Assembly: GCA_020831775.1 (NCBI GenBank) | Contig: JAFIFZ010000031.1 | Location: 449-64,448 of the forward strand | Length of the DNA: 64,000 bases | Direction: 5' to 3' | Origin: Phycisphaerales bacterium | GTDB lineage: Bacteria; Planctomycetota; Phycisphaerae; Phycisphaerales; UBA1924 | Part shown: positions 27,367 to 36,498 of the stretch, in pieces | Layout of the letters: the number at the start of each line of letters is the position of its first letter | Position numbering within the stretch: the stretch's first letter is position 1 | Program-made: the position numbers and the translations under genes | Notes under the pieces: generated by a model | What the model was told of the DNA's origin: nothing | Databases searched by the model: none | What the model saw: only the letters and a program-made list of their open reading frames with translations

Positions 27367-28332
27367 ATGCAGAGCTCTGAACCGAAGCACAAGGCACTCT
27401 TCCGCACCGAGCTGGACCTGCCGGGCCGCCGGGAGGGCAAGGTCCGCGATGTGTACACGCTCGGGCACGGGGAGGGCTCGCCCCGCCTGCTGGTGATCGC
27501 GACGGACCGGATCAGCGCGTTCGATGTGGTGATGCCCACGCCGATACCCGGCAAGGGGGTGATCCTGAACACGATCGCCTCGTGGTGGCTCCGCTGGATC
27601 GAGGACCGGGGGCTCTGCAAGACCCACCTGCTCTCGACAGACGAGGGCGAGATCCCCGAGGAGGCGTTCATCGGATCGACCTCGCAGGAGGACCTCGCCG
27701 GGCGGGTGACGATCGGGCGGCTGTGCAAGGTCGTGCCCGTCGAGTGCGTGGTGCGGGGGTACCTCGACGGGTCGGGCTGGGAGGAGTACAGAGCGTCGGG
27801 GCGGGTGTGCGGGGTGGAGCTGCCGCCGGGCCTGGAGCGGGGCTCGAAGCTGCCCGAACCGATCTTCACCCCCGCGACCAAGGCCGAGCAGGGCGCCCAC
27901 GACGAGAACATCGGCTTCGACGAGGCGTGCGCGATCGCGGGCGCCGAGACAATGCGGACGCTGCGGGAGCTATCGCTGGCGATCTACCTGGCGGCGGCCG
28001 AGCACGCTGAGGATCGGGGACTGATCCTGGCCGACACCAAGTTCGAGTTCGGCTTCCCGCTGGACGAGCGCGGCGAGGCGGAGGGCGAGGCGATCCTGAT
28101 CGACGAGGCGCTCACGCCCGACAGCTCGCGCTTCTGGCCGGGCGACAAATGGAAGCCGGGCGGGGCGCAAGAGAGCTTCGACAAGCAGTTTGTGCGCGAG
28201 CACCTGATCGGTCTGGTCTCACGGGGCGAGTGGGACAAGAGCCCGCCCGGACCTGAGCTGCCCGAGGAAGTGGTCCGCGGAACGCTGGAGCGTTACGCCG
28301 AGGCCGCCCGGCGCTTGTGCGCAGCGGACTGA
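27367..28332 (+). CDS. purC: Phosphoribosylaminoimidazole-succinocarboxamide synthase (SAICAR synthetase)
   Basis: The protein starts MQSSEPKHKALFRTELDLPGRREGKVRDVY and includes LLVIATDRISAFDVVMPTPIPGKG, ECVVRGYLDGSGW and LILADTKFEFG. The start is ATG 27367. The track ORF's upstream part overlaps the divergent gene. Confidence 0.9.
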   Translation: MQSSEPKHKALFRTELDLPGRREGKVRDVYTLGHGEGSPRLLVIATDRISAFDVVMPTPIPGKGVILNTIASWWLRWIEDRGLCKTHLLSTDEGEIPEEAFIGSTSQEDLAGRVTIGRLCKVVPVECVVRGYLDGSGWEEYRASGRVCGVELPPGLERGSKLPEPIFTPATKAEQGAHDENIGFDEACAIAGAETMRTLRELSLAIYLAAAEHAEDRGLILADTKFEFGFPLDERGEAEGEAILIDEALTPDSSRFWPGDKWKPGGAQESFDKQFVREHLIGLVSRGEWDKSPPGPELPEEVVRGTLERYAEAARRLCAAD

Positions 28333-28379
28333 GCGCCGGGGGCTGCTGAGAGTCGGGGACTGATGGGGCTGGGGCCCCC

Positions 28380-29846
28380 TCAGCCGGACTGGAAGCGGCT
28401 GAGCTGCTCGTCCATCCAACGCTCGAATTCGTCCATGCCCGGGGGCTCTGGGAAGACATCGTTGAAGTCGCGTCCGCCGAGGGCGATCTCGGGGTTTTGC
28501 GCAGAGCCGACCTCACGCTGCATGATCCAGTAGCCGAAGCGCCGGAGGTCTTCTGGCGCGGCGTCGTAGACGCGTTCGGCGTCGGAGATGTCCAGGGTGG
28601 AAATGAGGTCCATGAAGGTGCTGCCGGCGACCCAGCGGAAGTCGCGGTCGACGACCTCCATGCGGGCGCGTCCGCGGCCGCCCGCGGCCGCGAGGTCCAT
28701 GCCCTCGACCTGCTCGCGCACATACGCGCGATGGAAGGCCCTGGCGTAGGAGAAGTTGCGCTGGAAGAGCGTGTCGTTGCCCGTCAGCAGCCCGTTGATG
28801 TACGCGCCCTGCAGGGCGGCCTCGATCTCCGAGACGGCGACATAGTGGGTCTTGAAGCGGTCTTCTGAGAACTGCTCGCGGACGAACTCATCGATGGATG
28901 TGGCAAGCTCGTAGGTGAGCGCGGCGTAGTGGACATTGCGCTTGTCGTAGGTGATCAGCTTCTCGTGGTAGTAGTTGGCGCGTTCGATCTCGCCGCGGCG
29001 GTAGAGGAAGCGGATGGCGTCCTTGAGGAAGTTCTCGTAGCCGGCGGAGTAGAGGGTGTAGGTGCGCCGGCGGTAGTCCTCGAAAATGCCGAACTGGTTG
29101 GCGCGCTCGCGGAGCTCTTCGAGCGTCTGGGCGTAGGTGTCGATGAAGTACGCGTTGGGGACGGCCCTGTAGAGGCTGTCGATCACCATGCCGTCAGCGA
29201 TCTGACCGCGATCCAGGCGGAGGGACGGGAAGACATGGTACAGGTAGCTGAAGTAGAGGTCGCCGAAGCGGTAGAGCTCCTGGAGGGCGTGCATGACCTG
29301 GCGGTCGGTGTTGATGAAGTCGTAGTCGTCCTGGTTGCGGTCCTCGACGCGGCGGAGGCTGAGCTCGACGCCGCGCGTGGTCCAGTAGAGGGCGTGGGAG
29401 GCGGGGTGGCGCCAGTCGATGGGCCCGAAGCGCCGCGTGTAGCGGATCATGCGCGACGGCTCCATGTTGTAGTGGTCGATGAGGACGCGCCTGCGGACAT
29501 GGTTGAGCAGGGCGGGCCAGGCGTCGGCGTAGCGCTCGTCCTCGACGAGGTCGAACAGGGCGCGCGAGCGGGGGCCGACCTGGTCGAGCCGGTCGCGGTA
29601 GACGGAGTTGGCGATCGCCCAAGTCCTCGTGTACCGCTGGAGGAACGAGCGGTCGAGGTTGGTGGTGACATTGGCGCGGATCGCCTCGACGAGCGCCCGC
29701 GTCTGCGGGTGCCGCCGGTAGAGGTCGGCCATCGTCTCGGGCGCCGCCGCGACGGGCCCGAACCAGGCCTCGTAGAGCGCGCCGGCGAGGTACTGGCTCA
29801 GGGGGATGCGGGGCAGTTCGCCGGCAACCGCGAAGCGTTCGAGCAT
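28380..29846 (-). CDS. Hypothetical protein, last gene of the SPFH/ABC operon (possibly the C-terminal part of a single gene interrupted by an in-frame TAA)
   Basis: A 488 aa ORF with good coding composition and no recognised family. It is in the same reading frame as 29904..30626, separated only by TAA at 29904..29906 plus 19 sense codons. Confidence 0.6.
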   Translation of the reverse strand: MLERFAVAGELPRIPLSQYLAGALYEAWFGPVAAAPETMADLYRRHPQTRALVEAIRANVTTNLDRSFLQRYTRTWAIANSVYRDRLDQVGPRSRALFDLVEDERYADAWPALLNHVRRRVLIDHYNMEPSRMIRYTRRFGPIDWRHPASHALYWTTRGVELSLRRVEDRNQDDYDFINTDRQVMHALQELYRFGDLYFSYLYHVFPSLRLDRGQIADGMVIDSLYRAVPNAYFIDTYAQTLEELRERANQFGIFEDYRRRTYTLYSAGYENFLKDAIRFLYRRGEIERANYYHEKLITYDKRNVHYAALTYELATSIDEFVREQFSEDRFKTHYVAVSEIEAALQGAYINGLLTGNDTLFQRNFSYARAFHRAYVREQVEGMDLAAAGGRGRARMEVVDRDFRWVAGSTFMDLISTLDISDAERVYDAAPEDLRRFGYWIMQREVGSAQNPEIALGGRDFNDVFPEPPGMDEFERWMDEQLSRFQSG

Positions 29847-29903
29847 CTCGGCGAGGGCCTCGGCCTGGCGCCTCGTCAGCGTGTTGTCGGGGCCGACGCC
29901 GTC

Positions 29904-30626
29904 TTAGAGCGTCTGCTCGAAGTCGGCCCGGGCGACGGATGTGAAGCGACGGGCGATGCGCTCGGCCTCGTTGCGGGGGAGTTGGAGTCGGTACCCGTGC
30001 GTCCCGCGCAGGCTCTCAGAGAGTGTCCTGGCCAGCGAGGCGGAGAGGACGGGGCCGAGCCTCGGGGGCTCGCCGAGCACCTCTGTCCATTCCGCGGCGA
30101 GCTCGCGCTTGTAGAACTGGTTGGCGTCGTCGGTGACGCCGGAGATCTTGTGGAGGAAGATCCAGCCGAGCTCTTTGTGGATGAGCAGGTCTGAGTTGTT
30201 GAAGCGGATGGCGTCGTTGCGGAGGAGCTGGATGCCGTTGTTGACCCACTGCCAGCGTTCGTGGCGGTCGGAACTGGTGACGGAGATGTTGTACGCCATG
30301 TTCCAGGCGTGGAAGACCCAGACATGGGGGTAGCGGGGCTGGAGGGCGGTGATCGCTCTGGAGAGGTTCATCGCCTCGTGGAAGCGCCCGTCGTCCTTGA
30401 GTTGGTTGGCCCGCATCCAAAGGAAGTTGACGAAGAACCCGCGGACCGGACCGAGGGCGACGCCGAGCCCGACGGCGGCGGGAAGGCCCTCGGCGGTGTG
30501 CTCGGTGTAGACCAGTTGATGGCGGCTGGACGAGCTGGTCAGGCGGGTCGAGACGAACCCCGCCGCGGCGAGGCTCGACGCGAAAACACCCAGCGCGATC
30601 AGTTGCAGAATGGTGTTTCGTTGCAT
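29904..30626 (-). CDS. Hypothetical membrane-anchored protein (possibly the N-terminal part of a split gene)
   Basis: A 240 aa ORF with an N-terminal hydrophobic anchor (ILQLIALGVFASSLAAAGFV) and a second hydrophobic segment (LPAAVGLGVALGPVRGFFVNFLW). No family recognised. Confidence 0.6.
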   Translation of the reverse strand: MQRNTILQLIALGVFASSLAAAGFVSTRLTSSSSRHQLVYTEHTAEGLPAAVGLGVALGPVRGFFVNFLWMRANQLKDDGRFHEAMNLSRAITALQPRYPHVWVFHAWNMAYNISVTSSDRHERWQWVNNGIQLLRNDAIRFNNSDLLIHKELGWIFLHKISGVTDDANQFYKRELAAEWTEVLGEPPRLGPVLSASLARTLSESLRGTHGYRLQLPRNEAERIARRFTSVARADFEQTL

Positions 30627-30705
30627 GGCACTGCCTCCCCGGCTACCAACGCCGGCGGACGGGTGATTGTTCGCCTTCGGCCCGGGCGGGACGGGCCCTG
30701 GGGCC

Positions 30706-32700
30706 TTACTGGCCCGAATAGATCGCCAGCTCGCGCCTGCGGAAGATCAGCACCGCGACCGCGTAGGCAATCAGGGTGAACAGCGCCAGAACGCCGAGAC
30801 CCAGTGCCGTGTCGCCCAGGCTCAGCAGCCGCCCGTCGACGAGACGGGAGGTGGGCCTGAGGCTGGCGTAGATGCGGAAGAAGTCGCTGATAACCAGCGC
30901 GATCTGCTCTGCGACATATTTCCACCAGATCAGGTTCCCGTCGTGGTCTCGGATCCGGTAGGACTCCAGAGAGCCGGCGAGGAAGCCCGCGGCCTCGGCG
31001 CTGAGGAAGATCACCCCGGCGACGAGTGTGGCGACCGGGAAGCTCAGGAAGGTCGCGGCGCAGATGCCCAGCATCGCCAACGCCGCGAGTTTGAGCCACA
31101 GCACAAAGATCACGCGCATGAAATTGGCGCGGTAATCGCCGACGCTGTAGAGGAGCTGGAGGCCGCCGGTCTCGTCGATGTAGAGCGGCCCCGACAGCTG
31201 CATGCCGGTTTCCCACCAGCTGTCGTCGTCGCGCCCGTGGTTGGACATGTAGAACTCCAGGACCCCGTCGGCCCGGATGATGTCGTTGGGGAGGGTCATC
31301 GTCTGCGTGACGGCCGCCGCGGTCTTCCGATTCGTCGCGAACGGTCCCCTGGACCCCGCGAAGAGGAACTCGATGTCGTAGAAGTGGGTCGGGTTGTTCT
31401 CGTCGGAGTTGACCCTGAACCGGATGGTGACGGGGCGCGTGCTCCGCCTGGCGCCTTCGAGGTTCTCGAAGCGGAAGTACCGGGGCACCGCCTGGGCGCC
31501 CGTCGGAGTGATGATCGGCGGTTCGAGCGTCATCGCGTGGACGGTCGCCGAGCGGAAGGTGTCGCGGACAACCTCCTCGAACTCCTCGTCGGTCTGGGCG
31601 AAGCCCGGTTCGATGCGGCGCCGGCTCTCGATGTACTCGCGGAGGCTCTCGCGGAAGCCGGGGTCGTCCATGCGGAAAGGCGGCTCGGGCTCGGCGGTGA
31701 CGCGTGCGGAGAGCACCTCGGTCTCGAGCTTCAGGCGGTCCTCGCTGATGAGCACGCCCGTCGAGGCGGGCTCGAAGGCCCGGATCTCCCCCGCCGCCGG
31801 CTGCACACGCAGGTACTCGACAAACAGGAAGACGCCCGAGGCGCAGACCGCCAGCAGCACGGCGTTGAGGCCGACGACACCCAGCCACTTTCCGAAGATG
31901 TACTTGGCGGGCGAGACCGGTTTGGTGGCGGTCTGCCAGATGAGCTTGTCGCGCTGCTCGAACGCGACGGTCGCGACCGAGAAGAGCAGCGTGAGAAGGG
32001 CGATGATCCAGAACGCCCCGCCCGTCCCGTACTGCAGGAAGGATTGGATGCGGAAGCGGAGCTGGCGTTCCCCGTCGAGCAGGCCGGGAAGGGCCGCGAG
32101 GGCGAAGACCAGGAGCACGATGAACAGCAGCGAGAGTTTCAGGCGGACGGCTTCGGCCAGCACATTGCGCGCGATGGCGAAGACCGGGCCGGGGCCGCTG
32201 AAGGCCAGGCGCAGAAACTGCATCAGCGCCGTAAACGACGCGGCGAGCGCGAGCACCCCCGCCCCGAGCAGCGCAAAGCTGCGCGTGGCCTCAAAGAGCC
32301 AGAGCGGGACGACGACCAACCCCGCGACCAGACCGATGCCGAGGTAGGTCAGCGCCAACCCGAGCCAGACGATCACGAGGGCCACGAAGCCGCCGGCGCC
32401 GATGGCGAAGGCCCTGCCCGTTGGGTTGTCCTGCTGCTCGGCGATGCGCCTGACGGCCGCCAGCGCAGAGGCGTCGTCGCCCGCGGTGGCGAGCGAATCG
32501 CGCTGATCGCCATCTTCTTCCTGCACGGCCTCAACGGCGGCGAGGCGTTCCTCGACCGCTTCGCGGCTGCCGATCGCGTCGAGCGCCACGGCGCCGAAGC
32601 CGAAGAGCATGAGGCCGACGACAACGGCTGACGCGGCGATCTTGAACCCCAGCGACTGCTGGAGCCTGTCGAGCCTTCTCAGCGTTTCGCCGAGTCTCAC
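30706..32700 (-). CDS. ABC-2-type transporter permease with a large extracytoplasmic domain
   Basis: A 664 aa protein with multiple TM helices at both ends flanking a soluble insert of about 230 aa. The GTG start at 32698..32700 overlaps the ATPase stop (GTGA), which implies translational coupling. Confidence 0.7.
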   Translation of the reverse strand: MRLGETLRRLDRLQQSLGFKIAASAVVVGLMLFGFGAVALDAIGSREAVEERLAAVEAVQEEDGDQRDSLATAGDDASALAAVRRIAEQQDNPTGRAFAIGAGGFVALVIVWLGLALTYLGIGLVAGLVVVPLWLFEATRSFALLGAGVLALAASFTALMQFLRLAFSGPGPVFAIARNVLAEAVRLKLSLLFIVLLVFALAALPGLLDGERQLRFRIQSFLQYGTGGAFWIIALLTLLFSVATVAFEQRDKLIWQTATKPVSPAKYIFGKWLGVVGLNAVLLAVCASGVFLFVEYLRVQPAAGEIRAFEPASTGVLISEDRLKLETEVLSARVTAEPEPPFRMDDPGFRESLREYIESRRRIEPGFAQTDEEFEEVVRDTFRSATVHAMTLEPPIITPTGAQAVPRYFRFENLEGARRSTRPVTIRFRVNSDENNPTHFYDIEFLFAGSRGPFATNRKTAAAVTQTMTLPNDIIRADGVLEFYMSNHGRDDDSWWETGMQLSGPLYIDETGGLQLLYSVGDYRANFMRVIFVLWLKLAALAMLGICAATFLSFPVATLVAGVIFLSAEAAGFLAGSLESYRIRDHDGNLIWWKYVAEQIALVISDFFRIYASLRPTSRLVDGRLLSLGDTALGLGVLALFTLIAYAVAVLIFRRRELAIYSGQ

Positions 32701-33980
32701 TGCTTGCGCTCCCGGCCGCTCTGGCCGTCGCCGTCGTTCTTATCGGGCTCGCCGGAGTCCAGCAGCGAGCCAATCACATCCAAGTCGACGCGGTCGTCGG
32801 CAGGGCGTTCCTTGCGATCGGCTTTGCCGTCCTGGGCCGGGGCGCTGGGGGCGGGTCGCTGCGCCGGTTCGGGCGTTCGCTCGGGGTCGGCATCGGCCTG
32901 CTTGAGCAGGTCGCCGATGACCGAGGCGTCGGGCCCGTCCGGGCCCTTTCTCTTCTCGACGGGCTCTTCGACTTCCGGGGGGGGCGGCGCGTCGTCGACC
33001 GCGGAGACGAGCTCCTCGATGAGACGCTCGCCCGTGGCGGTGCCGCGGAGGAAGGCGGCGACCTCGCCCCCGTGGGTGGCGCCGGAGGTTTCGAGCTTCT
33101 CGGCGCGGGCTCGCTCGACGATCTCGAGGAACTTCTCTTCCAGCTTCTGGCGCGGGTGGGAGACGGTCAGGATGGACTTCTGGCCGCCGGTCCGCTCGCG
33201 GATGATGCGGTCGATCTCGGCGATGGTTTCGTCGTCGAGCAGTTCCGACTCGATGGTGGTGCGCGAGTTTCGGACGAGCAGGTCGTCGCGCATGCCCTCG
33301 TCGCGCTTCTTGCCGCCGTAGAGGATGACCATCCGGTCGACGCAGTCTTCGACATCGGCGAGGAGGTGGCTGGAGAGGAGGATGGTCTTGCCCCGCCTGC
33401 CGAGCTCGATGATGAGGTCTTTTACCTGGCGCGTGCCCAGGGGGTCGAGGCCCGTGGTGGGCTCGTCGAGGATGAGGAACTCGGGATCGTTGATGAGCGC
33501 CTGGGCGAGGCCGATGCGGCGCTGCATGCCCTTGGAGTACTCGCGGACGGGGCGGAACTGCGCCTGGGTCAGGCCGACCATGTCCAGCAGCTCTTCGATG
33601 CGCTTCTGGCGGTCGCGGTAGGTGAGGCCGAAGAGCTTGCCGTAGTAGTCCAGCGTCTCTCGCGCGTTGAGGAACCCGTAGAGGTACGACTCCTCTGGGA
33701 GGAAGCCGATGCGCTTCTTGGTGAAGACATCCGAGGGGAGCTTGCCGAAGACGGCGAGGCGCCCGGAAGTCGGCCTGAGGAGGCCGAGGATCATCTTGAT
33801 GGTGGTGCTCTTGCCCGAGCCGTTGGGCCCGAGCAGCCCGAAGATCTCGCGCCGGTTGATCTCGAAGGTCAGGTTGTCGACGGCGCGGGCGCGGTCCCTG
33901 AGCCAGAAGTCCTTGAAGACTTTGGTCAGACGATCGGCTGCGACGACCGGCTTGTCGGGAGATGCGGCGGACTGAGTCAT
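32697..33980 (-). CDS. ABC transporter ATP-binding protein with an acidic/Pro-rich C-terminal extension
   Basis: Walker A GPNGSGKSTT, Q-loop, signature YSKGMQRR, Walker B FLILDEPTTGLD and H-loop LSSHLL. The tail of about 130 aa is low-complexity. Confidence 0.9.
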   Translation of the reverse strand: MTQSAASPDKPVVAADRLTKVFKDFWLRDRARAVDNLTFEINRREIFGLLGPNGSGKSTTIKMILGLLRPTSGRLAVFGKLPSDVFTKKRIGFLPEESYLYGFLNARETLDYYGKLFGLTYRDRQKRIEELLDMVGLTQAQFRPVREYSKGMQRRIGLAQALINDPEFLILDEPTTGLDPLGTRQVKDLIIELGRRGKTILLSSHLLADVEDCVDRMVILYGGKKRDEGMRDDLLVRNSRTTIESELLDDETIAEIDRIIRERTGGQKSILTVSHPRQKLEEKFLEIVERARAEKLETSGATHGGEVAAFLRGTATGERLIEELVSAVDDAPPPPEVEEPVEKRKGPDGPDASVIGDLLKQADADPERTPEPAQRPAPSAPAQDGKADRKERPADDRVDLDVIGSLLDSGEPDKNDGDGQSGRERKQ

Positions 33981-33998
33981 GCGGTCTCCGTCGGCGCG

Positions 33999-35453
33999 TC
34001 AGCCGGCGTCCATCTCGACGCGGGTGGTGTCGACCTCGAACTCGCGACGCTCGAGCTCACGCTGGCGCTGACGCTCGATCTCTTCGGCCCGGCGCTGCTT
34101 CTGCACACGCTCGAGGGTGCGCATGATCTCCGGGTCGCGGCCGAAGCGCATCTCCGTCCCCTTCACGCCCGGGGGCTGGAAGAAGAGCTCGACCGCGTCG
34201 CGGTTCATGAACGCCAGCCACGCGTCGGACCAGTCGCGGTGGATGGTGACGCTGGGGTTCTCGCGGAACTGGGCGAGGCGGGCCTGGTAGGTGGCAAAGT
34301 CGGTGCGACGACGGGCCGACTCGGTGAGCTGGTAGGTCCTCGCGTCGCTGACGAGGCTGTTCACCTGGCCGCTGGTCTCGGGCTCCTCCATCAGCGTGTG
34401 GATCTCGCCGAGCCAGCGGTCGCGGTCGGCGATCGCCAGCTCGACAGCCTCGGCGTCGTTGTCCTCGCGGGCCGCCCGCTCGCGGTCGGTCGCCATCTCG
34501 TACTCGCCGATGAGCTCGACGAGTCGCTCGGCGGCGGGGATGGACCCGGCCGCCTGGAGCAAGGCGCCGCGGGCGTGCGCCCGGGAGTTCTCGACCTCGC
34601 GCTGCGCCTCGGACTGCGCCGAAGAGACCTGGTTGAACGCGCTGCGGGCCGCCAGGGGCGGGACCTTGCTGATCAGCTCCATCGACTCGACGCGGATGCC
34701 AGAGCCGATGTCTTCCAGGAGGTCGCGGGCGGTCGAGCGGACGGCGATCGAGAGCGAGCCCTCGCCGCTGCCGCCCTCGCGGAGCACGCCGTCGATCGAC
34801 TGCTCGGCGACATGGCGGACGACGGCGCGCTTGGTGACGGCGCGGATGATCCGCTCTTCGTGCTCGGGGTGGATGTTGCGGATGTAGGAGGCGGGCTCGC
34901 GCCGCTGGTAGGTGACACGCCACTGGGCGTGCACGAGGTTCTGGTCGCGGGTGATGAGCGAGCCGTCGTTGGCCGGGTCGAGGCTGGGTCGCCCGCCCAA
35001 CTCGTCGATCGAGCGGCGGCGCTCGGTCTCGGTGAGGAAGGGCCAGAACTCGCGCGAGCTGTCGAGGGCGACCCGCTCGGTACCGGTGCCGACCCTGATC
35101 AGATCACCGATGGGGAAGGGCCACGAGAGCTGGAAGCCGGGCGTGAGGTTGTCGTCGGCGACGCGCCCGAAGACCAGTCGAACGCCCCGCTCGCCCTCGT
35201 TGATCTGGCGGGCGCCGCTCAGGAAGAACAGCAGCACCAGCGCGATCATCGCGAACTGCACCACGCGCATCGTGATCCGCAGCGCGTCGGCAAGCGACTC
35301 GTGCGCCGGATCCATCAGGGAGCCGGTCTCGCGCGGCGCGCGACGCTGCAGCGTCACCGATGCCTCACGCTGCGAGGCGGGAGCGTCCCCGCCCAGGATC
35401 GGGTCCTGGCCCTGGTTCGGGTCTTTGCCCTGGTTGCTGTTGCCTTCAGTCAC
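33999..35453 (-). CDS. SPFH/band-7 domain membrane protein (HflK-like paralog)
   Basis: One TM (VVQFAMIALVLLFFLSG), then an SPFH core (INEGERGVRLVFGRV...LTPGFQLSWPFPIGDLIRV) and a coiled-coil tail. Confidence 0.8.
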   Translation of the reverse strand: MTEGNSNQGKDPNQGQDPILGGDAPASQREASVTLQRRAPRETGSLMDPAHESLADALRITMRVVQFAMIALVLLFFLSGARQINEGERGVRLVFGRVADDNLTPGFQLSWPFPIGDLIRVGTGTERVALDSSREFWPFLTETERRRSIDELGGRPSLDPANDGSLITRDQNLVHAQWRVTYQRREPASYIRNIHPEHEERIIRAVTKRAVVRHVAEQSIDGVLREGGSGEGSLSIAVRSTARDLLEDIGSGIRVESMELISKVPPLAARSAFNQVSSAQSEAQREVENSRAHARGALLQAAGSIPAAERLVELIGEYEMATDRERAAREDNDAEAVELAIADRDRWLGEIHTLMEEPETSGQVNSLVSDARTYQLTESARRRTDFATYQARLAQFRENPSVTIHRDWSDAWLAFMNRDAVELFFQPPGVKGTEMRFGRDPEIMRTLERVQKQRRAEEIERQRQRELERREFEVDTTRVEMDAG

Positions 35454-36468
35454 CTTGTCCCTCCCGTCGGGAAACGGGGGTCTGCGCGGGCTCCTCGAAG
35501 ACGCCCAGGTAGGGCAGTCCGTCGGGCCCGATGTTTTCGATCGACTCGGGGCTCAGCAGCCGCAGGCCCGGCAGGTCGGTCGAGAGCAGGAGCGTTGTGC
35601 GGTTGGCGAGCGAGTCGCGGAGCATGTCCAGGTTCTTCAGGAAGATCGCCAGACGGGGCTCCTCGGTCATGCCGGCGAGGTACTCGGCCGCCTCGCGGTC
35701 GCCCAGCGCCCGGATCTCCGCGGCGCGGGCCCTGGCGAAGGCGAGGATGCGCTGGCGGTCGGCCTCGGCGTCAGAGCGGATGCGGGCGGCGACCTGCTGG
35801 CCCTGGCTGCGAAGCGTCTCGGTCTCGCGGTTGCGGGCCGCCTGCATGCGCTCGATCACCGCCTGGGTGACTTCCTGGGGGAGACGGACGCGGCTGATTC
35901 CGATCTGCACGACCTCGATCCCGCTGTCGGCGAGGCTTCGCTCGCCAACACCCGCGCCCTCGGCACGCATCTCTTCGAGCATCCGCTGCTCGAGCTCGGG
36001 GATCCTGCCCCCGCGGCCCGACGGCGGGAAGAGGTCCGTCAGCGCGTAGCGGCCGATCAGCGACTGGCCGGCACGCAGGCGCCCGCGGACCACCTCGTCG
36101 GCGGCGTTGAAGTGACGCTCGGCGCTGTCGCCGGCGCCGCTGTACTCGCGGAAGAACGCCATCGGATCGCTGACCCGCCAGATCGCGTAGGCCTCGACGA
36201 TGAGCGGCCGATCGTCGGCGGTCTGCTGCGTCTCGGCGGTGGTCTCGATGATCCGCAGACGGGTGTCGTACTTGGTGACGATCTGGAACGGGAACGGCCA
36301 GCGGAAGTAGATGCCGGCGCCCTTGGGGTCGGCGTCCGCGGGGGCACGGCCGAAGGTCGTCACGACCGCCGTCTCGGTGTACCGCACCGTGTAGGTGAAC
36401 ATGAACGACGCCAGCGCGATGCCGAAGACGGCCACGAGACCCCAGATGACAACTGCCTTGATGCGCAC
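35446..36468 (-). CDS. SPFH/band-7 domain membrane protein (HflC-like paralog)
   Basis: An N-terminal TM (AVVIWGLVAVFGIALASFMF), an SPFH core (VRYTETAVVTTFGR...IYFRWPFPFQIVTKYDTRL) and IEVVQIGISRVRLPQEV. It overlaps the downstream gene by 8 nt. Confidence 0.8.
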   Translation of the reverse strand: MRIKAVVIWGLVAVFGIALASFMFTYTVRYTETAVVTTFGRAPADADPKGAGIYFRWPFPFQIVTKYDTRLRIIETTAETQQTADDRPLIVEAYAIWRVSDPMAFFREYSGAGDSAERHFNAADEVVRGRLRAGQSLIGRYALTDLFPPSGRGGRIPELEQRMLEEMRAEGAGVGERSLADSGIEVVQIGISRVRLPQEVTQAVIERMQAARNRETETLRSQGQQVAARIRSDAEADRQRILAFARARAAEIRALGDREAAEYLAGMTEEPRLAIFLKNLDMLRDSLANRTTLLLSTDLPGLRLLSPESIENIGPDGLPYLGVFEEPAQTPVSRREGQGD

Positions 36469-36498
36469 TCTATGGCTCCTAATACGCGGTCACGCGCG

